Assembly (NCBI GenBank): GCA_934271465.1
Contig: CAKQRQ010000010.1
Coordinates: forward strand, 951-64,950
DNA from: an uncultured Alphaproteobacteria bacterium
GTDB lineage: Bacteria; Pseudomonadota; Alphaproteobacteria; RF32; CAG-239
Direction of reading: 5' to 3'
Length of the DNA stretch: 64,000 nt
Both the position numbers and the translations under genes were made by a program. Position 1 is the stretch's first letter; each line of letters starts with the position of its first letter. Under the pieces are notes generated by a model. That model ran no database searches. It saw only the letters and a list, made by a program, of their open reading frames with translations, and was not told the origin of the DNA. Of the stretch, positions 10,231 to 20,061 are shown piece by piece.

Positions 10231-10355
10231 AAGTCTGATATTTAAGGCGGATAGAAAAAAAGTCGGCTCAAAACACAAAAAAAGGCGAAGAATAGTTAAG
10301 CCTACATGACCGAGCCGGTTCTTTGATAGTTCTGTATTAGTTGCCAGCTAGACGC
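10231..10355. repeat. intergenic repeat element copy A (second copy at 63121-63289)
   Basis: aagtctgatattt..gcggatagaaa..agtcggc..acacaaaaaaagg...gcctacatgaccgagccggttctt.gat.gttctgtattagttgccagctagacgc is shared near-identically with 63121-63289; followed by degenerate tandem aaaaaggcggatag units to about 10560. Confidence 0.8.
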
Positions 10356-10597
10356 GTTTTGAAAAAGGCGGATAGTGGAATTTATAGAGTGATTTGAAGG
10401 GCGGAAAAAATTTTAGCGTAGATAAACCTACGTGAATTTTTTCCGTCCCGCACAAATTGCTCACTTCTCTAAAAAGGCGGAGAATAGTGCAGATAAAGTG
10501 ATTTTGAGGGGTGGCGAAAGCGGAGTTTACATAACAGTAAATGAGCATTTCGCCATGCCACGTTAAAATCGCTCTAGATGCGCTGTTATACGCCTTT

Positions 10598-11842
10598 TCA
10601 TTCGTAACGCAACGCATTAATCGGATTCAACAAAGACGCCTTGTAAGCGGGATAAAATCCGAAAAAGAGCCCGACAAATCCGGCAAATGAAAAAGGTAAA
10701 AGGACATAAATAAAGGACACTTTAGCCGGAAGCGAACTGAAAATCCCAACAAGGTAAGAACCTATGAGCCCGCAAAGAACACCAACAAGCCCGCCGATAA
10801 GAGAAAGAACCAGCGCCTCGGCCAAAAATTGCCTGCGAATATCCCAAGCCTTTGCCCCGATAGCCATGCGAATGCCGATTTCCCGCGTGCGTTCGGTCAC
10901 CGACACAAGCATAATATTCATGATGCCTATTCCGCCGACCAAAAGAGAAATAGATGCAATTGCTCCGAGCAAAATCGTCATAACCTTAGTCGAACTTTCC
11001 ATCATTTCCATCATCTGCGTCAGGTTCATAATCACAAAATCGTCATCTTTGTTAGCGCCCAGATTATGCCTTTGCCGCAAAAGCTGTTTGATTTCATCTT
11101 GCGCGGTATAGGTGCTGCGCGAATCAACCGCCTGCAGCATAATCATTTTAACCTGATCCAGAAACTTAATACCCATCAGTTTCTTTTGCGCCGTTGTAAT
11201 CGGAATATACACGGCATCGTCCTGATCCATACCCATACCGGACTGCCCGCGCGACACCAAAACCCCAATCACCTGAAACGGCACGCCCTTAATACGGATA
11301 GTCTTCCCTAACGAATCCACATCACCGAACAGCTCGTTAACAACCGTCTGCCCGAGAATAGCGACTTTAGACGCGTTTTTGACGTCTGTCTCCGAAAACA
11401 TCCGCCCATAAGAGAGCTTCCATTCTTTAATTTCAAACATCCGACTGTCGGTGCCGGTAATGCCGGTCGACCAGTTGGCATTGCCGTAAACAATTTGAGC
11501 CGTCTCATCCAAAACAGGCGCCGCAAGCCTGATGGCGGAAATTTTATCCTGAATAGCATCGCCGTCGCTTTTTTTCATCGTCGGCTGCGACCCATGTCCG
11601 CCGCGTGCGCCGGAAGACGTCGCCACGCCCGAACGAACGATAATCAGATTGGAGCCCATGGTTTTCATCTCGTTTTGAATAGAAATCTGCGCCCCGTTGC
11701 CCACCGACAACATCACAATAACCGCCGCCACGCCGATAATAATACCCAGCGAAGTCAAAATAGAACGCATTTTATTGGCTTTGATAGCGCGCAGAGCAAT
11801 CAAAAAAATCGTTTTGAGGTCAATCATGGTCATTCCTCTCAT
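10598..11842 (-). CDS. ABC transporter permease, MacB/FtsX family
   Basis: N-terminal TM segment, large periplasmic domain, C-terminal FtsX-like 3-TM bundle ([40 protein letters not shown]). Confidence 0.85.
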   Translation of the reverse strand: MRGMTMIDLKTIFLIALRAIKANKMRSILTSLGIIIGVAAVIVMLSVGNGAQISIQNEMKTMGSNLIIVRSGVATSSGARGGHGSQPTMKKSDGDAIQDKISAIRLAAPVLDETAQIVYGNANWSTGITGTDSRMFEIKEWKLSYGRMFSETDVKNASKVAILGQTVVNELFGDVDSLGKTIRIKGVPFQVIGVLVSRGQSGMGMDQDDAVYIPITTAQKKLMGIKFLDQVKMIMLQAVDSRSTYTAQDEIKQLLRQRHNLGANKDDDFVIMNLTQMMEMMESSTKVMTILLGAIASISLLVGGIGIMNIMLVSVTERTREIGIRMAIGAKAWDIRRQFLAEALVLSLIGGLVGVLCGLIGSYLVGIFSSLPAKVSFIYVLLPFSFAGFVGLFFGFYPAYKASLLNPINALRYE

Positions 11843-12509
11843 CCGAATGAATTTCGCCGTCTACAATTTTGATAATCCGCTTGGCATAACGGGCAATGTC
11901 TTCTTCGTGCGTCACCAAAATAATCGTGCGCCCGCCCTTATTGAGTTCCGTAAACAGGTTCATAATCTCAATGCTCATTTTGGTATCAAGGTTTCCGGTC
12001 GGCTCATCGGCAAAAATAATAGGCGCCTCGTTGACAATGGCGCGCGCAATAGCCACACGCTGCTGCTGTCCGCCCGAAAGCTGGTTAGGCTGGTGGTCCA
12101 TACGTTCTTTAAGGCCGACTTTTTCCAAAGCTTTTTGCGCCCTTTCCCGACGCTCCGCCGCGCCAACGCCGGAATAAACCATCGGCAATTCCACATTCTC
12201 AAGCGCCGTTGTGCGGGAAAGTAAATTAAACCCTTGAAAGACAAAGCCGATTTTTTGATTCCGAATTTGCGCCAGCTCATCTGAACTCAACCCGTCGACT
12301 CTTTTGCCGTCCAATAAATAACTGCCCGATGTCGGCTTGTCCAAGCAGCCCAAAATATTCATCAGGGTCGACTTGCCCGAACCAGACGGCCCCATAATGG
12401 CCACAAATTCCCCCAACCCGATATGAAGCGTTATGCCTTTAAGAATCTGAAGCTGCGTCTCACCCAAAGGATAGCTTTTTGTAATATTGTTAAGCTCTAT
12501 CAAACTCAT
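11820..12509 (-). CDS. ABC transporter ATP-binding protein (MacB-type ATPase)
   Basis: Walker [10 protein letters not shown], signature [14 protein letters not shown], Walker [13 protein letters not shown]; overlaps the downstream permease start. Confidence 0.9.
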   Translation of the reverse strand: MSLIELNNITKSYPLGETQLQILKGITLHIGLGEFVAIMGPSGSGKSTLMNILGCLDKPTSGSYLLDGKRVDGLSSDELAQIRNQKIGFVFQGFNLLSRTTALENVELPMVYSGVGAAERRERAQKALEKVGLKERMDHQPNQLSGGQQQRVAIARAIVNEAPIIFADEPTGNLDTKMSIEIMNLFTELNKGGRTIILVTHEEDIARYAKRIIKIVDGEIHSDERNDHD

Positions 12510-13669
12510 CAGCGCGGCATCCTCATGCGCATCTGTTCTTTAGCCAATTCGGCGTTTTTATCTTCCAAAATAACCTCGTCACCGGCTTTAATCTCTCGGG
12601 AGGAAATTTCGGTTTTATCATCATCAGAAACCCCCGTTGTCACATTAATACGCACGGGCTTTTTATCCTTGAGAATCCAAACACCCTTGTCCTTATAGCG
12701 TTTAACCTCGCCTTTCTCGTCTGTGGTATAAAAGCGCAAGGCCTTATTGGGAACCAACAGAACATTTTGCTTTTGCGCGGTGATAATGTCGACATTCGCC
12801 GTCATACCGGGCTTGAGTTTCAAATCTTTGTTGTCAATCCCGATAATAACCTGATAAGTCACAACATTTGAGGTCGTAATCGGATTATTGCGCACCTGCG
12901 TGACAACACCTTCAAAAATCTCATCAGGAAAACTGTCTACCGAAAATTCAACCTTCTGCCCTTCTTTGACCTTGGCAATATCCGCCTCGACAACAGACGC
13001 CTCAATCTGCATTTTGGTCAAGTCTTCCGCCACATTGAACAGAGTCGGCGTATTAAAGCTGGCCGCAACGGTTTGCCCAACCTCAACCTCGCGCGAAATC
13101 ACAACGCCGTCCACCGATGAGGTGATGCGGGTATATTCCAAATCAATCTGCGCCTGTTTCAAGGACGCTTCGGCCTGCTTGACCTGAGCGGTTTTCAAAG
13201 CCTTTTCGGCAACGGAATTATCATAATCCCGCTGCGCCGACTCGAGTTCTTTGTCGGCCGAATATTTGGACGTGTTTAACTTTTTGATTCTGTCGAGGTG
13301 CTTTTTATAATAAACAATATTGTTTTTGGTAACTTCCAACTCTGCCTTGGCAATATCGAGCGCTGCCTGCCTTTGCGACACAGTCGCTTCAAAAGTCTGC
13401 GGATCAATCAACGCCAGCAAATCGCCTTTTTTGACTTCGGAATTATAATCCACATAAATTTCGGAAATAATCCCCGAAACCTGCGTGCCGATATCAACCG
13501 TCGAAATCGGATTGATAATCCCCGAAGCTGTGATTTTTTGAACAATGTCTCCCTGCGCGATTCGTTCTGTCTGATACGAAGCGCCCTCTTTTTTGCACGA
13601 GCTTACCCCCAGACAGGACACAACGGCCAAAACAGCCAAACTGCAAGAAAACAAAAGCTTTTTGCTCAT
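12509..13669 (-). CDS. efflux periplasmic adaptor subunit (HlyD/MacA family)
   Basis: Start at internal Met with ggagga RBS; lipoprotein-like leader [25 protein letters not shown], coiled-coil hairpin and beta-barrel segments typical of membrane-fusion proteins. Forms an operon with the ATPase and permease. Confidence 0.8.
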   Translation of the reverse strand: MSKKLLFSCSLAVLAVVSCLGVSSCKKEGASYQTERIAQGDIVQKITASGIINPISTVDIGTQVSGIISEIYVDYNSEVKKGDLLALIDPQTFEATVSQRQAALDIAKAELEVTKNNIVYYKKHLDRIKKLNTSKYSADKELESAQRDYDNSVAEKALKTAQVKQAEASLKQAQIDLEYTRITSSVDGVVISREVEVGQTVAASFNTPTLFNVAEDLTKMQIEASVVEADIAKVKEGQKVEFSVDSFPDEIFEGVVTQVRNNPITTSNVVTYQVIIGIDNKDLKLKPGMTANVDIITAQKQNVLLVPNKALRFYTTDEKGEVKRYKDKGVWILKDKKPVRINVTTGVSDDDKTEISSREIKAGDEVILEDKNAELAKEQMRMRMPR

Positions 13670-13868
13670 TTCACACTCCTCCGCAATGATATTCATTATA
13701 TAATATCGGCAAATAATTAAAAAAAGTTTTAATTTTAATCTTGAAAAAGATGATTTTTTGTCTATACTGATAGTTACATATTCTTATTATAATATAATTT
13801 TAACCGTCGAAATCATCCCGCACCGAATATGCACGCGGCTCGAAACTAGACAAAAAACATTTTTGATT

Positions 13869-14141
13869 ATGGCAAACACCATTAATGCAAACCAAACGCA
13901 AGAGCAGAACGTCCTTGAAGAGATTCAGCAACTGCTGAATGAAAAGTATCCTGGCTTTATCGTCACCAACTGCAAGGCCGTCCAAAAAGAGTTCAAACCC
14001 AAAGGAGCTCTCCACGGAACGACATTCTTCACCAGCTGGTGCAAGAAAGGCGAGAACAAAGGACTGGCCGTTCTGAATGGAAAAAAAGTCAAACTCCTTT
14101 CCGAGGAAGACCTTGTCGGTTATGATGTTCATTCAATTTAA
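13869..14141 (+). CDS. hypothetical small protein
   Basis: ORF with internal start MANTINANQTQEQ...; no recognisable domain. Confidence 0.35.
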   Translation: MANTINANQTQEQNVLEEIQQLLNEKYPGFIVTNCKAVQKEFKPKGALHGTTFFTSWCKKGENKGLAVLNGKKVKLLSEEDLVGYDVHSI

Positions 14142-14147
14142 GAGCCT

Positions 14148-14873
14148 ATGAGAGTTCCAAAATTGAATACCGACCAAAACCGAACTCTCGGCGGCTGCAC
14201 AACGCTTGACGAGAAGTTAAGCCTGTTGGCAACCTGGAGGCGGACAAACGAGATTAACATCTACCAATACCGCTGGTTCACAAACAAGTGGATCAATCGG
14301 TATAAAAAAGAGATTTTATCTCCGACACCTGTCCAACATCAGGATATCGAGTTGACAAGGATGAACAACGAATTAAGGCAAAAAATTGCCTTTCGTGTTC
14401 TGCTCCCGGCACTGTACCTGGAGAGCCCGTCCAAAGCAAAATTCACAAAATGCTTGGAAAAAAGCTCTTCCTATAAAAAACAAAAGGATGAGCTTTTGGC
14501 TCTTGCTATGCGATGCCCGCACGAAAATCTTGCTGAGATAGCCGGAAAATACGTTGCATCGTATCGTGTTAAGCTATTGCCAATTGGGGCATCACATTCG
14601 CTTTGGCGCACCGTTTGGAACGATGAATATGTTCCGATGGATGCCATCAGAATCATGATGCCGCCAACAGAAGCAGAAGAGACAAGCGTCCTCAAAAACT
14701 GTTTCGGCAAAGTCTTTCTTTCTGAGCTTTACCCTTTGGTCAAGGTTCACAAAGAAAGAGAAGTCTTCCGTAGAGACGCCGCCCTCTCTCGTGAGGAAAC
14801 AGCCCTCGCGGAAAAAAGAATAAGAGCCTTTGACAAGCTCTTAGAGAAGATAGAAGGAGTAAGTCAGGAATAA
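14148..14873 (+). CDS. hypothetical protein
   Basis: 241-aa ORF, no recognisable motif; followed by a strong rho-independent terminator at about 14890-14925. Confidence 0.4.
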   Translation: MRVPKLNTDQNRTLGGCTTLDEKLSLLATWRRTNEINIYQYRWFTNKWINRYKKEILSPTPVQHQDIELTRMNNELRQKIAFRVLLPALYLESPSKAKFTKCLEKSSSYKKQKDELLALAMRCPHENLAEIAGKYVASYRVKLLPIGASHSLWRTVWNDEYVPMDAIRIMMPPTEAEETSVLKNCFGKVFLSELYPLVKVHKEREVFRRDAALSREETALAEKRIRAFDKLLEKIEGVSQE

Positions 14874-14889
14874 CGCTCCTTACCCCCCG

Positions 14890-14925
14890 AAAGCCTTTCA
14901 AAGCTTTCGGGGCTTTTTTTTGATA
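14890..14925 (+). terminator. rho-independent terminator
   Basis: ccccgaaagcctttcaaagctttcgggg followed by a T8 run. Confidence 0.75.
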
Positions 14926-15002
14926 AAAAGCCGTTGCCTTATTGATGATTTTGTGGCATACTGAACAGTCGAATCAGGTTATTTAATGAAAGAACAAATT
15001 CC

Positions 15003-16379
15003 ATGGAAGCCAAAGATATTTACAATTTATCTTTTTCCGAAATTGATGCCATTCAGCGCGATTTTGACGTCAAAAACATCACAACCATCGACGCCGCCTA
15101 CAAACAAGGCCGTATCAATGAAGAAGAACGCAGTTATATGCTTGAATTCTTTTGCGACAGCATGGGAGTCTACCGTGAAGTCTATCGTTCGATTTACGAA
15201 ACCTTCGGCCAACCTGAAGAAACCTGTTCTTTTGACCTCAAAACCGGACAAGTTGAAACCGACGCTCAGGGAAACAACATCAACTATGGTCTGAAAATTC
15301 TTACCCCCTCCACCTGCACCCGACTGGAATACCGCGACAAAAACCATAATCCGGTTTATATTATCATTCCTCAGATGAAATCTGCCGAACGCGCTGTTGA
15401 CAAAATTGAAAACGAATACAGCAAAGAAACTTTTACGGCCATGCGCGCCGCCCTAGACAAGATGTTTCAGGACGATGACCGCGAAGCTTTTGGTGAAAAG
15501 CTGCAAAATCTGCCTAAAAAGACCTCAAAGCTTCACGATATTTTGCGTCTGAGCTTTACCTGCAAATACCTCTCTGATGTCGAGCAGCTCAAACACCGCC
15601 TGTCGGAAAATAAAAGCGATTTTTATTTCATCAATTCCAAAGAAACGCGCGATCGTTTTGAAAAACCGCTCAAGGAAAACGAAAAGCAATATTATGACAT
15701 TAAAATGATTATCCATCAAAAAAACAAAGAGGAAAAAGTTTTTGATGTTGAAGCCCAGCTTAAAATAGACACGCTGTTCCAAGGAGATCTGCGCACTCAT
15801 GCCATCTATGAGCAAACACGCCAGCTTGAAACGGAAATAGACAAATTAGATACCGAAAGCCTTGAAGCCAGACAAAAAAAAGCGCAACTCAAGATTTTGA
15901 ACAACAGAATTAAACAAATCAACCAGCACAGTATTCATCAGTATAATATGACTGTTTTGGACAAGGCTTTTCGTATTGAAGACGACGGCTACCGCCCGTT
16001 GAGGGTCGCGCCGGATTTTGCAGACGGAACCTATCGGCGCTGCCGCAATTTCATCAACAGCGAATATTTGGTAGCCACTTTTGATAACTTCAACAGCAAA
16101 GAAGCTTTTTCAGCCGACAACAGCCTCAATAAGCTGTGTTTCTTAAAGCTTATCGGGAAACTTCCCTCTGATTTTGATGAATTTAAAGAAGGCGCTGACA
16201 AAACCATTAATGAAAAATTTGACAATCTCGAAAACATCGAAAGACGGCGTTTTGAAGGAATTAACGAAATCGCCAACAAATATCAGTCCGTCATCCAGCG
16301 CAAAATCAAAAACCGTCAGGCAAAAGAAGAAGGCCACATTGCCCTCATAACAGCCAAAAAGAGCGGCAAAAGCTATTAA
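15003..16379 (+). CDS. hypothetical protein (458 aa, coiled-coil rich, no signal peptide)
   Basis: Long ORF with charged or coiled-coil middle section; no recognisable catalytic motif. Confidence 0.5.
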   Translation: MEAKDIYNLSFSEIDAIQRDFDVKNITTIDAAYKQGRINEEERSYMLEFFCDSMGVYREVYRSIYETFGQPEETCSFDLKTGQVETDAQGNNINYGLKILTPSTCTRLEYRDKNHNPVYIIIPQMKSAERAVDKIENEYSKETFTAMRAALDKMFQDDDREAFGEKLQNLPKKTSKLHDILRLSFTCKYLSDVEQLKHRLSENKSDFYFINSKETRDRFEKPLKENEKQYYDIKMIIHQKNKEEKVFDVEAQLKIDTLFQGDLRTHAIYEQTRQLETEIDKLDTESLEARQKKAQLKILNNRIKQINQHSIHQYNMTVLDKAFRIEDDGYRPLRVAPDFADGTYRRCRNFINSEYLVATFDNFNSKEAFSADNSLNKLCFLKLIGKLPSDFDEFKEGADKTINEKFDNLENIERRRFEGINEIANKYQSVIQRKIKNRQAKEEGHIALITAKKSGKSY

Positions 16380-17284
16380 TGCGCCTGTTTTGAAAAGTGA
16401 TATCCGCGCAACAGCTCTTCTGTTGTCATGGCTTTTTTGCCCTGCCTTTGAATTTGCAAAATCTCTAAAGCCCCTTTGCCGCAGCCGATAAGAAGCCTTT
16501 TGCCGTCCTCAAAAATGTCACCGGATTTAAGCCCCACATCAGAAACGACTTTAGCTTTCAACAATTTAAAGCGTTCGCCGTTATGCTCAAAATAAGTTGC
16601 CGGATACGGATTAAAAGCTCTGATTTTACGCTCCAAAACAACGGCATCCTGCGTCCAGTCCAGCAAGCTTTCGCTCTTTTCGATTTTAGAGGCATAAGTT
16701 ACCAAATTTTCATCTTGAGGAACAGGAGTAATGCTGTCAAGCTTATCCAAAACCTCCACAATCAGTTTGGCGCCGAGTTCCGCCATTTTGTCATGCAAAA
16801 TCCCGACCGTCATCTCCGAATCAATGGCAATTTCGCCTTTCAGATACATTGCGCCGGCATCTAGGGCTTCAACCACCTGCATAATCGTAATGCCCGTTAC
16901 GGCATCGCCGGCCTCAATTGCCCGCTGCATCGGCGCAGCCCCGCGCCACCTCGGCAACAAAGACCCGTGCACATTCAGACACCCTTTCGGAAAAGCCTCT
17001 AACACCGCCTTCGGCAGCAAAAGTCCATAAGCAGCCACAACAGACACATCTGCATCTAAAGCCTTAAATTTTTGCTGTTCTTCTTCCGAACGCAGACTTT
17101 TGGGCGTCCTGACCTCTATACCGCGAGCTTCCGCCCACAGATGCACCGGAGATTTCTGAAGCTCTTTGCCGCGGCCGGCCTCTTTGGGCGCACGCGTATA
17201 AATGCAAACAATTTCATGGCTCTTAGACAAAGCCTCAAGCGTCGGCAAAGCAAATTCGGGCGTTCCCATAAAAACGATTTTCAT
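16376..17284 (-). CDS. fmt: methionyl-tRNA formyltransferase
   Basis: MKIVFMGTPEFALPTLEAL...HGSLLPRWRGAAPMQRAI formyltransferase motifs. Confidence 0.9.
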   Translation of the reverse strand: MKIVFMGTPEFALPTLEALSKSHEIVCIYTRAPKEAGRGKELQKSPVHLWAEARGIEVRTPKSLRSEEEQQKFKALDADVSVVAAYGLLLPKAVLEAFPKGCLNVHGSLLPRWRGAAPMQRAIEAGDAVTGITIMQVVEALDAGAMYLKGEIAIDSEMTVGILHDKMAELGAKLIVEVLDKLDSITPVPQDENLVTYASKIEKSESLLDWTQDAVVLERKIRAFNPYPATYFEHNGERFKLLKAKVVSDVGLKSGDIFEDGKRLLIGCGKGALEILQIQRQGKKAMTTEELLRGYHFSKQAH

Positions 17285-17302
17285 CTTAATCTCCTCTTTT
17301 CA

Positions 17303-18208
17303 TCAGGCTTTAAAATCAAGTCCCCAAACAGAATAACGGCCGGCGTCTTCCTGCCAATTTTCCCTGACCTTCACAAACAAAAACAAATGCACCCGACACT
17401 CCAAAAGCTTTTCAAGCTCTTGTCTGGCGGATTGGCCGATACGCTTAATCATCGCCCCGCCTTTGCCCAAAATAATGATTTTCTGATTATCCCGCTCAAC
17501 ATAAATCGTCATCTCGGCGCGCACGGAACCGTCTTCCCGCCGCTCCCAAAGCTCGGGTTCAACCGTCAGGGCATAAGGAATTTCCTGCTGCAAAAACAAA
17601 AATAATTTTTCACGGACGACCTCTGCCGCCAACAGTTTCAAAGGCATATCCGACATCTGTTCTTCAGGATAATACCAAGGACTCTCAGGCAGATTATCAG
17701 CCAGATATTTATAAAACTCATCCAGATTTTTGCCCGTTGCCGCCGACACAAAAAAAGTTTCCTTAAAGGGAAAAGCCTCGTTCAAAGAGCTGCTCAACGC
17801 CAAAAGAGCCTCTTTCTTAACCAAATCAATTTTGTTAATCAAAAGCACAGCCGACTTATTTTTCTTTTTCAAATCGGCAATAATCGCCCGCGTTTCGTCG
17901 TCAAATCCCTTTTTGGCATCTACCAGCAAAACCGTAATGTCGGCATCATCTGCCCCACTCCAGGCCGATGCCACCATAGCTCTGTCCAACCGGCGCTTGG
18001 GCTTAAAGATCCCCGGCGTATCCAAAAAAATAATTTGAGTATTGTCAAAAATGCCTATTCCTTTAACAAGCGTGCGCGTTGTCTGCACCTTAGGCGAGAC
18101 AATAGACACTTTCGATCCGACAAAATGGTTGGTAATGGTGGATTTTCCGGCATTCGGCGCGCCGATTAACGCAACAAATCCGCATCTTGTGGGCTTTTGA
18201 GAACTCAC
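17303..18208 (-). CDS. era: GTPase Era
   Basis: G1 GAPNAGKST, G3 DTPG, G4 NKID, and a C-terminal KH domain. Confidence 0.9.
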   Translation of the reverse strand: MSSQKPTRCGFVALIGAPNAGKSTITNHFVGSKVSIVSPKVQTTRTLVKGIGIFDNTQIIFLDTPGIFKPKRRLDRAMVASAWSGADDADITVLLVDAKKGFDDETRAIIADLKKKNKSAVLLINKIDLVKKEALLALSSSLNEAFPFKETFFVSAATGKNLDEFYKYLADNLPESPWYYPEEQMSDMPLKLLAAEVVREKLFLFLQQEIPYALTVEPELWERREDGSVRAEMTIYVERDNQKIIILGKGGAMIKRIGQSARQELEKLLECRVHLFLFVKVRENWQEDAGRYSVWGLDFKA

Positions 18209-18852
18209 TTAATCTTCTCCAACAAAGCCGAGGCCGCCGCAAATTCGGCCAATTTTTTGCTCTTTCCCGTCCCTTTGGCAGTTTTTTCCTGCCCCAAAGA
18301 AACTTCAACTTCAAAAACAGGCTCATGCTCCGACCCTGAACGCCCCACAACCGTATATTGAGGCATTCCGTATCCCAAATGATGAGAAATCTCCTGCAAT
18401 TTTGTCTTGCTGTCCTTAGGCGGCGCCACATTGTTATCAATCAAATCCCGCCAATGTGTGTCCACAAATTCAATGGCCGCATCAACACCGGCATCCATAT
18501 AAATTGCTCCGATAACCGCCTCGCACACATCGCAAAGGACATTTTCGTTATGGCGCAATTCCGGCAGAGCGACATTCATAAATTCATCAAGTTTCAGCGT
18601 CCGCCCGACCTCGGCGACTGTTTCTTTGCACACCAGTCCGACAAAACGCTGCGACAAATTACCCTCGGGCTCTTTCGGAAAGAGCTGATACAGCAATGAC
18701 GCTACCGCCACGCCCAAAACCCTGTCGCCCAAAAACTCAAGCCGCTCGTAATTGGCATCAACATTCGGATGGACGCTGCTGTGCGTAATGGCTTTATGCA
18801 AAAGCCCGACATCTTTAAAACGATATTTCAGAATATCCTGTAACGTTTCCAA
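18205..18852 (-). CDS. rnc: ribonuclease III
   Basis: RNase III signature ERLEFLGDRVLG and a C-terminal dsRBD. Confidence 0.9.
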   Translation of the reverse strand: METLQDILKYRFKDVGLLHKAITHSSVHPNVDANYERLEFLGDRVLGVAVASLLYQLFPKEPEGNLSQRFVGLVCKETVAEVGRTLKLDEFMNVALPELRHNENVLCDVCEAVIGAIYMDAGVDAAIEFVDTHWRDLIDNNVAPPKDSKTKLQEISHHLGYGMPQYTVVGRSGSEHEPVFEVEVSLGQEKTAKGTGKSKKLAEFAAASALLEKIK

Positions 18853-18862
18853 AAATTTTCCC

Positions 18863-19594
18863 CTAATTAATTTTATTAAACAGCCGCGACCATCTTATTT
18901 TTTTCGGCCATGTCCAAGGCTTATACCACGCCCCCGTGTCATTGTGGGAGAAAAACAAAAAGCGCGCCTTGCCGACAAGATTTTCCGACGGAACAAACCC
19001 GACATTGACACGGCTGTCATCTGAATGATCGCGGTTGTCGCCCATCATAAAATAGTTATCTTCCGGAATAATTACTTCCTCAAAGTCGTCATTCGGCTCA
19101 TGATCGGACACCTCCAAAATCAAGTGCTCTTTTCCTTCCGGCAAAACTTCAACATATTGGCGGTATCTTTCAGCACTGCCGTAATGATTGCGAATAACAA
19201 ACTCCTCTTCATTTTTGCGCTCAAGCATTTGCCCGTTAATAAACAAACGCCCTTTTTCAAGCTTAATTCTATCCCCAGGAAGACCGATAACTCTTTTGAT
19301 GTAATCTGTTGAATTATCCTGCGGATTCTTAAACACAACAACATCGCCTCTCTGCGGCACCGACGCAAAAATACGCCCGTCAAACAAAGGCAGACTAAAC
19401 GGAAAAGAATGTTTGGAATAGCCGTAGGTATATTTTGAAACAAACAAATAATCCCCGACATACAACGTCGAATACATCGACCCTGAGGGAATCTTAAACG
19501 GCTCAAACCAAAGACTGCGGATAACAAGCGCAATCAAAACGGCATAAATAATCGTTTTCAGCGTATCAACAAAACTTTCTTCTTTTTCCATCAA
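18863..19594 (-). CDS. lepB: signal peptidase I
   Basis: IPSGSMYSTL catalytic Ser box, KRVIGLPGDRI, and GDNRDHSDDSR box E. Confidence 0.9.
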   Translation of the reverse strand: MMEKEESFVDTLKTIIYAVLIALVIRSLWFEPFKIPSGSMYSTLYVGDYLFVSKYTYGYSKHSFPFSLPLFDGRIFASVPQRGDVVVFKNPQDNSTDYIKRVIGLPGDRIKLEKGRLFINGQMLERKNEEEFVIRNHYGSAERYRQYVEVLPEGKEHLILEVSDHEPNDDFEEVIIPEDNYFMMGDNRDHSDDSRVNVGFVPSENLVGKARFLFFSHNDTGAWYKPWTWPKKIRWSRLFNKIN

Positions 19595-19658
19595 AAGCCT
19601 CTACTGTTCAAAATTTCAAATTGGCGCTTATCATACAAACATTTTTGCAAATAAACAA

Positions 19659-20048
19659 CTATATTTTTTCAATAATAACAATCGCTTGAGCAAACGGTTT
19701 CTCATCACTCAGGCTGACCAAAACATTGGCTTTTTTGCCGCCGAGTTTGTCTTGCAAAATCCGCAAAGCCTCGCCTTTGAAAATAATCTCGGGCTTGCCC
19801 AATTTATCATGGCTCATCTCAATATCAGCAAACGAAACCCCTTGAACAAACCCTGTCCCCAAAGCCTTAACGGCCGCCTCTTTAACAGCCCAGATTTTAG
19901 CCAGTCTTGATTGGACATCGCCTCGTTCCATCAAATATTTTTTTTCATTCTCAGTGCAAACCCGATTAATAAAAGACGCCTCATTTTTTGCCAAAACCGC
20001 CGCAATCCGCTCAATACTGATAATATCCGTTCCCAATCCGATAATCAT
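19659..20048 (-). CDS. acpS: holo-ACP synthase
   Basis: MIIGLGTDIISIERI... and ...WAVKEAAVKALGTG, typical of AcpS; start chosen at the internal Met. Confidence 0.85.
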   Translation of the reverse strand: MIIGLGTDIISIERIAAVLAKNEASFINRVCTENEKKYLMERGDVQSRLAKIWAVKEAAVKALGTGFVQGVSFADIEMSHDKLGKPEIIFKGEALRILQDKLGGKKANVLVSLSDEKPFAQAIVIIEKI

Positions 20049-20061
20049 GCCGATCTTCCTT

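Noticed and set aside
10300-10325. Apparent palindrome gaccgagccggttc inside the repeat core
   Set aside because: On checking base by base the two halves are not reverse complements (accgagccggt versus accggctcggt). It is not a true dyad.
10348-10617. 89-aa minus-strand ORF in the 10185-10600 intergenic region
   Set aside because: Lies entirely within the repeat-rich intergenic DNA; no RBS or domain; more likely non-coding repeat sequence.
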